Assembly: GCA_001189195.1 (NCBI GenBank)
Contig: LFCQ01000002.1
Span: 68,997 to 132,996 of the forward strand
Direction of reading: 5' to 3'
Source: Parcubacteria bacterium C7867-007
GTDB lineage: Bacteria; Patescibacteriota; Minisyncoccia; Phycocordibacterales; Phycocordibacteraceae
Length of the DNA: 64,000 nucleotides
The notes below the pieces were generated by a model. The model made no database searches. It saw only the letters and a program-made list of their open reading frames with translations, and was not told where the DNA came from. Shown here piece by piece: positions 7,139-16,309 of the stretch (within the stretch, counting starts at the first letter, position 1; the number at the start of each line of letters is the position of its first letter). The translations under genes were made by a program, and so were the position numbers.

Positions 7139-7395
7139 TGAGGGTTGGCCTCATAAGTACCTTGCCTTGCGCAAGGTAATTTCTTTTTGTTCCCGCATAC
7201 CACCCTCTAGGCAAGGCTTGACGGCTTCAGGGCGACTCCCCAAGGCTTATCTGGTACTCACCTCGTAGTGAGCCCGCTGGATATCACCTCAGGCGTTTCG
7301 ACCGCCGTCCTATTTATAGGACGGAGTGCCTGGAGGGTAGTGTGCAGGATCTCCTAAGAAAAACACCGCTTCATTGAAGCGGTGTTTTTCTTTAT
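7139..7395 (+). ncRNA. Structured non-coding region ending in an intrinsic terminator: candidate sRNA or cis-regulatory leader
   Basis: Candidate promoter TTGTAT-N16-TCATAA at 7155-7182; palindromes CCTTGCGCAAGG and GTCCTATTTATAGGAC; terminator AAAAACACCGCTTCATTGAAGCGGTGTTTTTC at 7350-7392; no ORF; also contains the ruvB promoter (TGATACAAT) on the other strand. Confidence 0.3.
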
Positions 7396-7401
7396 ATCTG
7401 C

Positions 7402-7884
7402 TTGATTAGCACCCTATCGCTCTCGGGTATACTCCTACGCGTGATAAAACGATTCTTCGATTGGACACGACTTAAGCGTCAACTTGATCTCGTCAAAGAG
7501 AAAGAATTTTCCTTCAGCGAAGGACAAATATGGTGGTGCCACACTGGAGAAAATATTGGTCATGAGTTAAATGGAAAAGGGACAGGTTTTGCACGACCAG
7601 TTTTGATTTTGAAGAAGTATGACCAATATACATTTCTTGGATTACCTCTCACTACAAAAAATAAATTTGGAACCTGGTATGTTTCCTTGTATACAAAAGC
7701 TGGCTTAAGAACAGTGGTGCTTTCACAAGAGAGAACATTTGGCTATCGCCGCATGCAAAATAGGATTCAACACGTATCCAAAAGAGACGAAAATTATATT
7801 CGCACCATGTATCTCAAGCTACACAGTAAAAATCAACCCCGCACCATTACTGATGCGGGTCGCGGGGAGTCCCGAAATCCTTGA
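7402..7884 (+). CDS. MazF/PemK-family endoribonuclease-like protein with an N-terminal extension of about 38 aa; start codon uncertain (TTG 7402 or GTG 7441)
   Basis: EGQIWWCHTGENIGHELNGKGTGFARPVLILK ... LGLPLTTKNKFGTWYVSL ... VVLSQERTF follows the MazF/PemK pattern (GDIWxV...GsEqgG.RPavVls ... cvP.TT...g.pf.v.l...q); candidate sigma-70 promoter TTAGCA-N16-TATACT at 7404-7431; no cognate antitoxin ORF seen. Confidence 0.5.
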   Translation: MISTLSLSGILLRVIKRFFDWTRLKRQLDLVKEKEFSFSEGQIWWCHTGENIGHELNGKGTGFARPVLILKKYDQYTFLGLPLTTKNKFGTWYVSLYTKAGLRTVVLSQERTFGYRRMQNRIQHVSKRDENYIRTMYLKLHSKNQPRTITDAGRGESRNP

Positions 7885-7933
7885 AACAAATCAAGGCACA
7901 GTCAGTCTATCAAAATATTTCAAACGCCACAAA

Positions 7934-9586
7934 TTAATGGCGTGGAGGATCAATCACTCTAAAGACCTCTTCAAGTGTCGTTTGTCCCGCAAGAGCTTTT
8001 AAGATGCCGTCTTGTGCCATGGTGAGGAATCCTTGGCGAACTGCTTCCTTTGCAATATCGCTTGCCGATGGTGCGGTACGTAGGAATTCTGCGAGCTGGT
8101 CGTCCATGAAAATTGCTTCATATACACCCACGCGACCTTTGTATCCTGTTCCATCTGGACCTTCTGCACCAACCTGATCAATTGAAGTTGGTATGAGTGA
8201 AGAGTCTGCGAGTGGAGCGAACACATGCTTAATGAGTTCCTTCTCTTGGTCTGTAGTGGCACGCATGGTTCGTGTCTCAGGATTAAGAGTACGAATAAGA
8301 CGCTGGGCCATTGCAACAGAGACCGCAGATGGAATCGTTTTAGGATCCACACCCAGATCAAAAAGGCGAGGGAAGGCACCAGCTGCATCATTGGTGTGGA
8401 GTGTGGTGAATACGAAGTGTCCGGTGAGAGCAGCTTGTACCGCCACTTCCGCCACCTCTGCATCACGAATTTCTCCCACCATGATCACATCAGGGTCCTG
8501 ACGAAGAATAGAGCGAAGACCTGTTGCAAAGGTATAGTCTGCGCCGTCTGTTTGAGTTTGAACGATACCCGGAAGATGATATTCAACAGGATCTTCGATC
8601 GTAATTATTTTAATTTCTGGTGTATGCACTTCCTGAAGGAAGGTATACAACGTCGTTGTCTTGCCCGAACCCGTTGGACCGGTGGTGAGAAGCATACCGT
8701 TTGGGCGGTGAATCTCAGTAGCGAGACGTTCCAAAAGCTTCGGATGAATACCAAGATCATTGAGAGAGTGATTGATGGCATTGGGGTCAAGAATACGCAT
8801 CACAATAGACTCCCCGTAGTTACCCGGGATAATCGAAGTACGTATTTCTATATCCGTTCCCTGTACCGCAACTGTGAAGCGGCCATCCTGTGCACGGGTC
8901 ACGACATTCAATTTAAGTCCTGAAAGAATCTTTATACGAGATTCAATAAGACGGTATACGTGGGGATCAAATGTATAAACTTCTGTGAGTTGGCCGTCAA
9001 GACGCATGCGCATACGTACTACAGTTTCCTCAGGTTCGAAGTGAATATCAGACGCCTTCATTGCAAGCGCTGAAGTTAGAACACCTTCGAATATGTGTGA
9101 AACCTGTGCGGTCTTCTTTGCGCCAAGTGCATCATCTAAATGTGCTTTTAGTTCTGTGATAGTTGAAAGGGAACCACTGTCAGTACCATTAATGGTAAAG
9201 GTTCCTTCCTTGCTCTGTTCTGCATAAGAGAGGTCTGCGTATTTAGTTAGTGCGAAGTTCAAACCGCGTTCAGAAATAAGAAACTTCTCAACGATGTATC
9301 CTTGAGTATCCAACTGCTCAAGAAGCAGACGAGTTGCATCTGGTTCTGTACTACGCAGTGCAACAGAAAGATGTTTGCCATTCTTTTCAAATGCCACTGC
9401 CTGTGCAGCCTTTGCATCTACCTCTGATATAACACGAAGTGCGTCTGCGTTAACCGGAATAAGAGTCAGATCGGTATAGGGGATACCGTATTTGTCCGAA
9501 AGAAGACGGGCAAGATCCTCTTCTTCCTGTTCACGCAGGCTTTTGAGTTTTGCGTCTTCAGCGTCTGTATCAAAATGAGCAGGCAT
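7934..9586 (-). CDS. pilB: Type IV pilus assembly / type II secretion ATPase (PilB/GspE family)
   Basis: Walker A GPTGSGKTTTLY, Asp box, His box TLHTND, Walker B DPDVIMVGEIRD; start set at MPAHFD. Confidence 0.9.
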   Translation of the reverse strand: MPAHFDTDAEDAKLKSLREQEEEDLARLLSDKYGIPYTDLTLIPVNADALRVISEVDAKAAQAVAFEKNGKHLSVALRSTEPDATRLLLEQLDTQGYIVEKFLISERGLNFALTKYADLSYAEQSKEGTFTINGTDSGSLSTITELKAHLDDALGAKKTAQVSHIFEGVLTSALAMKASDIHFEPEETVVRMRMRLDGQLTEVYTFDPHVYRLIESRIKILSGLKLNVVTRAQDGRFTVAVQGTDIEIRTSIIPGNYGESIVMRILDPNAINHSLNDLGIHPKLLERLATEIHRPNGMLLTTGPTGSGKTTTLYTFLQEVHTPEIKIITIEDPVEYHLPGIVQTQTDGADYTFATGLRSILRQDPDVIMVGEIRDAEVAEVAVQAALTGHFVFTTLHTNDAAGAFPRLFDLGVDPKTIPSAVSVAMAQRLIRTLNPETRTMRATTDQEKELIKHVFAPLADSSLIPTSIDQVGAEGPDGTGYKGRVGVYEAIFMDDQLAEFLRTAPSASDIAKEAVRQGFLTMAQDGILKALAGQTTLEEVFRVIDPPRH

Positions 9587-9700
9587 ACAAGTGAATAGTT
9601 GAATAATAGCACCACCCCACAGCATAGTGGGGTATTGACTTTTATACAAATATGGCCTATAATGGGATTTGAATCAAAACACTCGAATGGAGTTCGAGAA

Positions 9701-10489
9701 ATGAACATTTCATCGGCCGCACTGGCCTTCATGATCAGCATCGTCGCCATTTCTTCGGCGCATGCCGCCCCGAAGGGCTACTCGCACGTGCCCAACACCT
9801 ACTACTACCAAGGAGAGGTGCAGTACGACGACATGCCTCTCCCGCGGCGCGACCCGCCTGGTCCCGGATACGTCTGGGGCTGCAAGACCAACGATGTGGG
9901 GAGGTTCCCCACCGAGAAGACGATTCTCGGTGGGGAAAGGACCCCTTGCAACTACTTCCTCCGGAACCCGGAGCAAGTACGTTCGGCCGCCGCTCCTCTG
10001 CAGCGCGTGAGAAAGGGAAATGAACCCTTCACCAGCTGCTCTCCTCAGGAGCTGTACTGCGAGCTGCTCGTTGGACTGCACCCCAAGAAGTGGAACGCGG
10101 ACCACACGGCCCTCGTCGACGACCTGCTGTACAAGAACACGGGGTGTCACAACGCCGCAGTCTGCACGTGGCAGAACATGCGGTTCGAGACCCCGGGCCA
10201 AGCTCAAGCGAGGCTCTGCCCCGACCCGAAGAAGCCCAACCTGATCCGCTACCCCAGCCCAACGCAGGGGTGCATCAGCGACAAGCATCTTAGGGACTTG
10301 TCTTCGCTCTACGGCCCTGCCTACGGCGTCAGCTACCCGGGTCAGTATGTGGGTGCTGGTGGTTATGGCTACGGCTATTACCAACGCGCCCCCTACCGGT
10401 ACGAGCCCAGCTCGAGGCAGGGACCGAATGTCTGTTCCTCCAGTGGCGACTATCGTCGCAATGGAGGACGCGCCGTCGGCAGGTGCTGA
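9701..10489 (+). CDS. Secreted Cys-rich protein with a Tyr/Gly-rich C-terminus; GC-rich (about 60%), likely horizontally acquired
   Basis: Signal peptide MNISSAALAFMISIVAISSAHA; about 10 Cys; third-codon-position G/C bias unlike the flanking genes; terminator GTGCCCGCTCTCCCAAGAGCGGGCAC downstream. The antisense 224-aa ORF at 9710..10384 is treated as a GC artefact. Confidence 0.55.
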   Translation: MNISSAALAFMISIVAISSAHAAPKGYSHVPNTYYYQGEVQYDDMPLPRRDPPGPGYVWGCKTNDVGRFPTEKTILGGERTPCNYFLRNPEQVRSAAAPLQRVRKGNEPFTSCSPQELYCELLVGLHPKKWNADHTALVDDLLYKNTGCHNAAVCTWQNMRFETPGQAQARLCPDPKKPNLIRYPSPTQGCISDKHLRDLSSLYGPAYGVSYPGQYVGAGGYGYGYYQRAPYRYEPSSRQGPNVCSSSGDYRRNGGRAVGRC

Positions 10490-10575
10490 TCAACTCCCGG
10501 ACTTTTGTCCAAATACGGTGCCCGCTCTCCCAAGAGCGGGCACTTTTTCTATTCAGAGGTACAATTTCAGTACTA

Positions 10576-11027
10576 TGGAAAGAGAGAAAAATAATCTTGT
10601 AGACCTAGAAGCACTGCAATCAGAAGCAGCACGTTTTACCGCAACACTTTCTCCATCACAAGAAAACGCCACCCTTATAACGCTTTCGGGAGAACTAGGG
10701 GCAGGGAAGACTTCTTTCACACAGGGTGTTGCCCGTACGCTTGGTGTTACCGATGCAATAACCAGCCCCACTTTTGTACTAGAAAAGATATATGAACTCC
10801 CTGAAGCAACTAGTCTTGGGTTTACACGACTTGTACATATTGATGCGTATCGTCTTGAAGGCAAGAACGCACTAACTCCACTGGGATTCAATGAATTAGT
10901 TCAAGACGCAAAGAATCTGATTCTTTTAGAGTGGCCTGAGCGAGTTGGTGATGCTCTGCCTAAAGCCACACACCAGATTCATCTTTCTGTTGGAGAAGGA
11001 AACACCCGCGACATTTCCTATGCCTAA
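10576..11027 (+). CDS. tsaE: tRNA threonylcarbamoyladenosine biosynthesis protein TsaE (YjeE)
   Basis: P-loop GELGAGKTSFTQGVARTLGV, SPTFVL, HIDAYRL. Confidence 0.8.
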
Positions 11028-13431
11028 AGCACCTGCTAAAAAAGTAGAAAAGAAGAAGCGACTCATCCTATTGGATGCACACGCAATCATCCACCGTGCG
11101 TATCATGCACTTCCTGATTTCTCATCACCAACTGGTGAACCAACAGGCGCGCTGTATGGTCTATCGTCGATGCTTCTACGTATCATTCAAGACCTTAAGC
11201 CCGACTATCTGGCCTCTTGCTACGATCTCCCCAAAACAACCTTCCGGCATGAAGCATATGACGCATATAAGGGAACACGTGTGTCACTTGATGATGCATT
11301 GGCAAAACAACTAAACACGTCACGCAAGGTATTCGAAGCATTTTCCATACCGATCTACGAAAAGGAAGGGTTTGAAGCAGATGACATACTCGGTACCATC
11401 TGCGAACTCACTCGTGACCAGAAAGATCTTGAGATCATCATCGCTTCCGGTGATATGGACACCATGCAACTTATCGAGAAAGGTCGGGTACGGGTGTACA
11501 CCCTGAAGAAGGGAATCAACGACACCATTATCTATGATGAGAAAGCCGTTGAGGAACGCTATGGTTTTGAACCGGCTCTCGTTGCTGACTACAAGGGTTT
11601 GCGGGGAGATCCCTCAGACAACATCATTGGTGTGCCCGGTATTGGTGAGAAAACAGCCACTGAACTTATACAAAAGTTTGGAAGTGTTGAAGATATATAC
11701 AAGAAACTGAAGAAGAACGAAGCACAGTTCATTGAGCAGGGCATAAAGCCACGTATTATAGGCCTTCTTAAAGAACACGAGGAAGATGCGCTGTTTTCAA
11801 AGATGCTCGCAACCATCCGTATGGATGCACCAATCGTATTTCGCCTCCCTGAAGCGGTGTGGCAAGACGGTAGCGTATTGCCAAAAGTACTTGCGCTCTT
11901 TGATGAGCTTGGTTTCCGTACCTTGCGTGGCCGCGCACGAGCACTCTTTGAAAAAGGGGATAGCTCTGTTGAAGAGAGCGACACAGATACAGGAGTTGAA
12001 GAAAAGGAAATAGACCCAACACGCCTGCAAGAAGCACAGGTGATGGTGTGGCTACTTGCATCAGACCTCACCAACCCAACTCTTGATGACATTCTCGCCT
12101 TCACAAAGGCACAAACATTTGATGCTGCGTATAAAACACTGCAAGCGAAAATAGATACCACCGGTCAACTAGATGAAGTGTATGAAACTATTGAGAAGCC
12201 ATTAATACCGGTACTACGTGCTATGGAAGCACACGGGGTGCTGATTGATCAGAAGGAACTTGCAAAGCTTGCGACCATATACGGCAAAGAGCTCGAGGCA
12301 GTTGAAAAACGGATCTTCAAAGTGGTGGGACATGAATTCAATATTAGTTCCCCAAAGCAATTAGGTGATGTGCTGTTTGATGAATTGCAGTTGAAGGCTC
12401 CGGGATCAAAAGCACAGAAGAAAACATCAACCGGCCAGCGCTCCACCAAAGAATCTGAGCTTGAGAAACTGCGTGAACACCACCCCATCATCGAAGATAT
12501 TCTTGAATACCGTCAGATACAAAAACTATTGGGCACCTACATTGAAAACATCCCACCTCTACTTGATACAGAAGGGCGTATTCATCCACAGTTTATTCAG
12601 ACAGGTGCCGTTACGGGCCGCATGGCCACAACAAATCCAAGTATCCAGAATATTCCTATCCGCACCGAACGGGGTCGTGCAATACGACACGCCTTCATTG
12701 CACCAGAAGGTTTTCAATTAATCGGTCTCGACTACTCACAAATTGAACTACGTATTGCCGCACTCCTCTCTGGTGATGAAAAGCTCGGAGACATCTTTCG
12801 TTCAGGACGTGATGTGCATCGAGAGGTGGCAGCGGCCGTGTTTGGTGTTGCTCCTGAGGGGGTTGATTCTGAAATGCGCCGAAGAGCAAAGATAATTAAC
12901 TTCGGTATTTTGTACGGTATGGGTGTTAACGCACTCAAGGCACAACTGGGTACCAGCACCAACGAAGCGCAACAGTTCTATGAGGACTATTTCCGAACAT
13001 TTAATCGTCTTGCCGAATACCTTGAAGAGACTCGAGGTGCCGCACGCCGTCAAGGATTCACTGAAACACTATTTGGTCGTCGCCGTGAGTTCTCTGGTAT
13101 TAAATCCTCACTTCCTTTTGTGCGTGCACAAGCAGAACGTATGGCAATCAATGCACCTATACAAGGAACACAGGCAGACATCATAAAGATTGCGATGGTG
13201 CGCATCCACCAAATGCTTATAGATGAGAATGCTCAAGACGATGCGTACATGCTTCTTCAGGTACACGATGAACTAGTCTTCGAAATCCGTGAGTTACGTG
13301 CAAAGGAATTGGCACAGAAGATTCGTGAAATTATGGAATCCGTGGTCCCAGAGGATCAGACGCTTGGCATCCCACTCTTGGCTCAGCCGAAGATAGGGAA
13401 GAACTGGGGAGATATGCACCCCATAGACTAG
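11020..13431 (+). CDS. polA: DNA polymerase I (5'-3' exonuclease plus polymerase domains)
   Basis: N-terminal LLDAHAIIHRAYHAL FEN domain, motif A DYSQIELRI, motif B RRRAKIINFGILYGMG, motif C LQVHDELVFE; start at MPKAPAKK, overlapping the tsaE end. Confidence 0.92.
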   Translation: MPKAPAKKVEKKKRLILLDAHAIIHRAYHALPDFSSPTGEPTGALYGLSSMLLRIIQDLKPDYLASCYDLPKTTFRHEAYDAYKGTRVSLDDALAKQLNTSRKVFEAFSIPIYEKEGFEADDILGTICELTRDQKDLEIIIASGDMDTMQLIEKGRVRVYTLKKGINDTIIYDEKAVEERYGFEPALVADYKGLRGDPSDNIIGVPGIGEKTATELIQKFGSVEDIYKKLKKNEAQFIEQGIKPRIIGLLKEHEEDALFSKMLATIRMDAPIVFRLPEAVWQDGSVLPKVLALFDELGFRTLRGRARALFEKGDSSVEESDTDTGVEEKEIDPTRLQEAQVMVWLLASDLTNPTLDDILAFTKAQTFDAAYKTLQAKIDTTGQLDEVYETIEKPLIPVLRAMEAHGVLIDQKELAKLATIYGKELEAVEKRIFKVVGHEFNISSPKQLGDVLFDELQLKAPGSKAQKKTSTGQRSTKESELEKLREHHPIIEDILEYRQIQKLLGTYIENIPPLLDTEGRIHPQFIQTGAVTGRMATTNPSIQNIPIRTERGRAIRHAFIAPEGFQLIGLDYSQIELRIAALLSGDEKLGDIFRSGRDVHREVAAAVFGVAPEGVDSEMRRRAKIINFGILYGMGVNALKAQLGTSTNEAQQFYEDYFRTFNRLAEYLEETRGAARRQGFTETLFGRRREFSGIKSSLPFVRAQAERMAINAPIQGTQADIIKIAMVRIHQMLIDENAQDDAYMLLQVHDELVFEIRELRAKELAQKIREIMESVVPEDQTLGIPLLAQPKIGKNWGDMHPID

Positions 13432-13491
13432 CTCCTTTTTAAAGCAGGAGTATCATTATCTTTGGTATCCACTCAAGTTCGGGGGTGTTTT

Positions 13492-13635
13492 ATGTCGACA
13501 GTTCCACTGCACAGTGCAGCATCTCAGCGGTCTTCCGGCGGAATGAGGATCATCCTGCCTCTCCTGATATCGCTGGCCATGTGGGCGTTCATTCTCCTTG
13601 GACTCGCGGGCTTTTGGCTCAAGATCTTCGGCTAG
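13492..13635 (+). CDS. Small membrane protein (47 aa, MSTVPLHSAASQRSSGGMRIILPLLISLAMWAFILLGLAGFWLKIFG)
   Basis: One TM helix; terminator GAAGGCGTCCCACACGGGGCGCCTTC follows; below the track length cutoff. Confidence 0.35.
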   Translation: MSTVPLHSAASQRSSGGMRIILPLLISLAMWAFILLGLAGFWLKIFG

Positions 13636-13701
13636 GAATCGCCACAACGTGAAGGCGTCCCACACGGGGCGCCTTCAACATGTTCGGGATACAATACATA
13701 C

Positions 13702-14355
13702 GTGATCTACTTATTCCACGGCTCAGATATACATAAGGTGCGCGCAAAGGCCTTTCAGTGGGTAGCGGCTGCACATGCAAAAGCACCTGATGCGTACTAC
13801 GCACGTCTTGATGCAGGGGCAATTTCCCCTGAAGCACTTCAGGAAGCACTTTCAACTCAAGGACTCTTTTTCTCTAAGACCCTTATTCTCCTTGATGACC
13901 CATTCTCAGACAGTGCAGCAGGTGAAGCAGTATTGGAGTCTCTTGCGGAACTCGCTTCATCTCCAAATGCCGTTGCCATACTTGCACCCAAGCTTCTTGC
14001 AACACGACTAAAGAAGATAGAACCTCATGCAGCGAAGGTGTTTGAGGTGAACGCTACAGAAAAGAAAGTGTCACGTGGTTTCAACAGTGGGTTGGTGAAT
14101 GCTCTTGGGGAAAGGAACGGAGCGAAACTATGGCAGGAAATCGAAAAGGCACGTCGTCTTGGTGATGCACCTGAAATGATTCATGGCCTCCTCCACTGGA
14201 AAGCTCGAGACATTATGCAGAAGGGGAGTCGTTCCTGGAGTGATGAAGAAGCACGAGTGCTCTCTCGTAACCTTATCGAGCTTCTCTCTGATTCACGTTC
14301 TGGAGATCTGCCCCTTAATCTAGCGCTAGAACGCTTTGCGCTTTCGCTTCGTTAA
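13702..14355 (+). CDS. DNA polymerase III delta subunit-like protein (HolA-like)
   Basis: MIYLFHGSD N-terminus and overall delta-subunit architecture; follows polA; family assignment is tentative. Confidence 0.45.
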   Translation: MIYLFHGSDIHKVRAKAFQWVAAAHAKAPDAYYARLDAGAISPEALQEALSTQGLFFSKTLILLDDPFSDSAAGEAVLESLAELASSPNAVAILAPKLLATRLKKIEPHAAKVFEVNATEKKVSRGFNSGLVNALGERNGAKLWQEIEKARRLGDAPEMIHGLLHWKARDIMQKGSRSWSDEEARVLSRNLIELLSDSRSGDLPLNLALERFALSLR

Positions 14356-14804
14356 TCCCTCTCCACCAATTCTTTCAGGGCCTGCAATGCCTTTGGCCAC
14401 GTATCCTCAAACATTGCTTTGTATTCATCAATTGCATCAATCTCAACAAGTACTTCTGTACCACCATCCTTCTCAATGAAGGTGTAGTTTTCATGTGCAC
14501 CAACAAAACCCTTAACGGCTTCGCTATCGAAGTCCTCAACATCATTCATAATCATCCCCCTGTATTCAATAGAAATAAACTCATACGGGCGGTTTTCTTT
14601 GATGAATCCAATCATGCCACCCTCAGTACCATCTTCAGAAGGACCTAGAAAACGAATGTCTGAGCCCTCCTCCCAATTACCGATGTAGTACGAGCCAGCA
14701 TGAAATGCAGCCGTCCATATACGATATGTTTCATCTTGAAGCATGGTGTTCCACACCTTCTCCTTTGGAGCATTAATAAAGATTGAGCTTTGTATTTTTT
14801 CCAT
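14352..14804 (-). CDS. SRPBCC / AHSA1-type (polyketide-cyclase-like) domain protein
   Basis: MEKIQSSIFINAPKEKVWNTMLQDETYRIWTAAF is the typical SRPBCC N-terminus; start set at the internal ATG downstream of copy 8 of the repeat. Confidence 0.65.
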   Translation of the reverse strand: MEKIQSSIFINAPKEKVWNTMLQDETYRIWTAAFHAGSYYIGNWEEGSDIRFLGPSEDGTEGGMIGFIKENRPYEFISIEYRGMIMNDVEDFDSEAVKGFVGAHENYTFIEKDGGTEVLVEIDAIDEYKAMFEDTWPKALQALKELVERD

Positions 14805-14844
14805 ACAGTTAATTCTAAAGCATTGTATGGAAAAATAGATGAAC

Positions 14845-14868
14845 AGTCTGTGGGACGATGTTGGAATC
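14845..14868 (-). repeat. Conserved element, copy 8 (minus strand: GATTCCAACATCGTCCCACAGACTG, with a 2-nt insertion)
   Basis: About 40 nt upstream of the SRPBCC gene, sense orientation; a TACAAT box sits between it and the ATG. Confidence 0.65.
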
Positions 14869-14965
14869 AAATCGGATCCCTGGGTTTATTTGACAATGCA
14901 TACTTATAAATGTACTCTGCAGTCCAGTCAGACCTACGTATCACAAATCAGAGGAGCAGCTGACG

Positions 14966-15142
14966 ATGTTCGCAAAGGTTTTTCACGGTGACTTAGTCTT
15001 CCAAGTGGAAGACAAGATCAATGAGTATCTCCGTTCCAACCCGGACCTCGAAGTCGTTTCGACTTCGTTCGTCATCACTCGCTACGGCAGCGGCGACACC
15101 GAATCCGCCCTCTTCGTTTTCAGGGGAGATTCGGCCGCATAG
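14966..15142 (+). CDS. Small hypothetical protein (58 aa, MFAKVFHGDLVFQVEDKINEYLRSNPDLEVVSTSFVITRYGSGDTESALFVFRGDSAA)
   Basis: RBS GAGGAG 7 nt upstream; intrinsic terminator (GAGACGTACGACCTTCGGGTACGGCGTCTC + T-run) at 15168-15210. Confidence 0.5.
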   Translation: MFAKVFHGDLVFQVEDKINEYLRSNPDLEVVSTSFVITRYGSGDTESALFVFRGDSAA

Positions 15143-15241
15143 AGCCAGTCGCAGTTGGATCAACAGAGAGACGTACGACCTTCGGGTACGGCGTCTCTTA
15201 TTTTTTTATTGCTGGGAGACTACGGATCGAACCTCATTAGT

Positions 15242-15314
15242 CCGCCTACCAGGGCTCGAACCTGGGACCGTCTCCTTAAAAGGGAGCTGCTCTACCAACT
15301 GAGCTATAGGCGGT
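15242..15314 (-). tRNA. tRNA-Lys (anticodon TTT)
   Basis: Manual fold: acceptor CCGCCTA/TAGGCGG, D-arm GCTC-AGTTGGTA-GAGC, anticodon loop CTTTTAA, T-arm CCAGG-TTCGAGC-CCTGG; CCA not encoded. Confidence 0.85.
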
Positions 15315-15339
15315 TAGTGCGCACGCATTGTTTATACCG

Positions 15340-16305
15340 TTAATACTGATACAGGTCTACCGTCTTGCCGTTCTGGTCCACTAATTTAATTGCCTCTTTT
15401 GAACTCTTCCAGAGATCACCATACCTGCGTGTGTCGTCATGACTTTTGGTGAGAGGTTCACGGCCCAGATATATGCGCCAGGAGTTACCCCAGAATCGTG
15501 CATCTCCCCGATGAGCATCAATGCAACCCTGGTAGTTTAGGTACTTATCGATGAATTGATAACAAGAAGAGGAAAGTCTCTTGCCTTTCTCACTTGGAAT
15601 ATTGCACCGATTCACAGTTGCTACGAACGATTCACAGTCACCATCTTTGTATTCATTACCGGTGTAGAAGGTTTCGTATTCGTCACTTGGGTCAGGACAG
15701 GTTTGTGAGAGATAGGGATAAAAGGTTTTGCTTTGAGTGTAGTATCCGGCGCACATGTTTTCTCGGAAGGACACATCAACAGGGGACTTGCCCGTAACAA
15801 TCACCGCTGTTTCATTCGGATGGAGGATGATCGGACCAGTATTAGTATTGGTGCGTGAAAGAAGTTCCTGGCCATACGGAATGGTGACACTGCGGTCATT
15901 GCTCACCGCAACCAGTTTCCATCCAGAAATGTTTATGTTTGGTTGTGCGTTATACGCAGCCTTAATAGTTATATATTCCTGATTAGGATCAGTGGTACCA
16001 AGGTTGTTACCCCAACTGATCGTCACCATTCCCTTGTACGGAGACGCTTCTCCGAAAAGCTTTGCATCCTGCACCTCTTTCTTAAGTCCTGTCACTGAAC
16101 GCTGAATACTAAAGAGGTCTGTGCGTGCTGCACCGATGTTGATGCCTGTTATGGGGTCTCCGTATCCAGTCTGGGTAACTCCTACTGTGGTGATTGGGGT
16201 GATATATGGCCCTGCAAAGGAAATAGGATGATTAGGACCACCACTTGCAACCCACACGACAAAGAAGAAGAGAATAAATCCTAATAGGAATGCGCCGTCG
16301 CTCAT
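15340..16305 (-). CDS. Secreted / membrane-anchored protein with a lamin-tail-domain-like segment
   Basis: N-terminal TM helix FLLGFILFFFVVWVA; EYITIKAAYNAQPNINISGWKLVAVSNDRSVTIP resembles the LTD fold; multiple Cys in the C-terminal half; start set at MSDGAF. Confidence 0.5.
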   Translation of the reverse strand: MSDGAFLLGFILFFFVVWVASGGPNHPISFAGPYITPITTVGVTQTGYGDPITGINIGAARTDLFSIQRSVTGLKKEVQDAKLFGEASPYKGMVTISWGNNLGTTDPNQEYITIKAAYNAQPNINISGWKLVAVSNDRSVTIPYGQELLSRTNTNTGPIILHPNETAVIVTGKSPVDVSFRENMCAGYYTQSKTFYPYLSQTCPDPSDEYETFYTGNEYKDGDCESFVATVNRCNIPSEKGKRLSSSCYQFIDKYLNYQGCIDAHRGDARFWGNSWRIYLGREPLTKSHDDTRRYGDLWKSSKEAIKLVDQNGKTVDLYQY

Positions 16306-16309
16306 GCGC

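Noticed and set aside
9710-10384. 224-aa minus-strand ORF antisense to the GC-rich secreted-protein gene
   Set aside because: It is an artefact of high GC with few stop codons. Its composition is Arg/Ala/Val/Gly-rich and non-protein-like, and it has no RBS or signal features, whereas the plus-strand frame does.
11589-13186. Multiple 60-190-aa ORFs on both strands inside polA
   Set aside because: They are all nested within the intact 2.4-kb polA frame and have skewed low-complexity composition.
15190-15241. Second tRNA adjacent to tRNA-Lys suggested by a GGTTCGATCC T-loop-like string
   Set aside because: No acceptor, D or anticodon arms can be built around it. On the plus strand the same sequence is the stem-loop plus T-run terminator of the 58-aa ORF.
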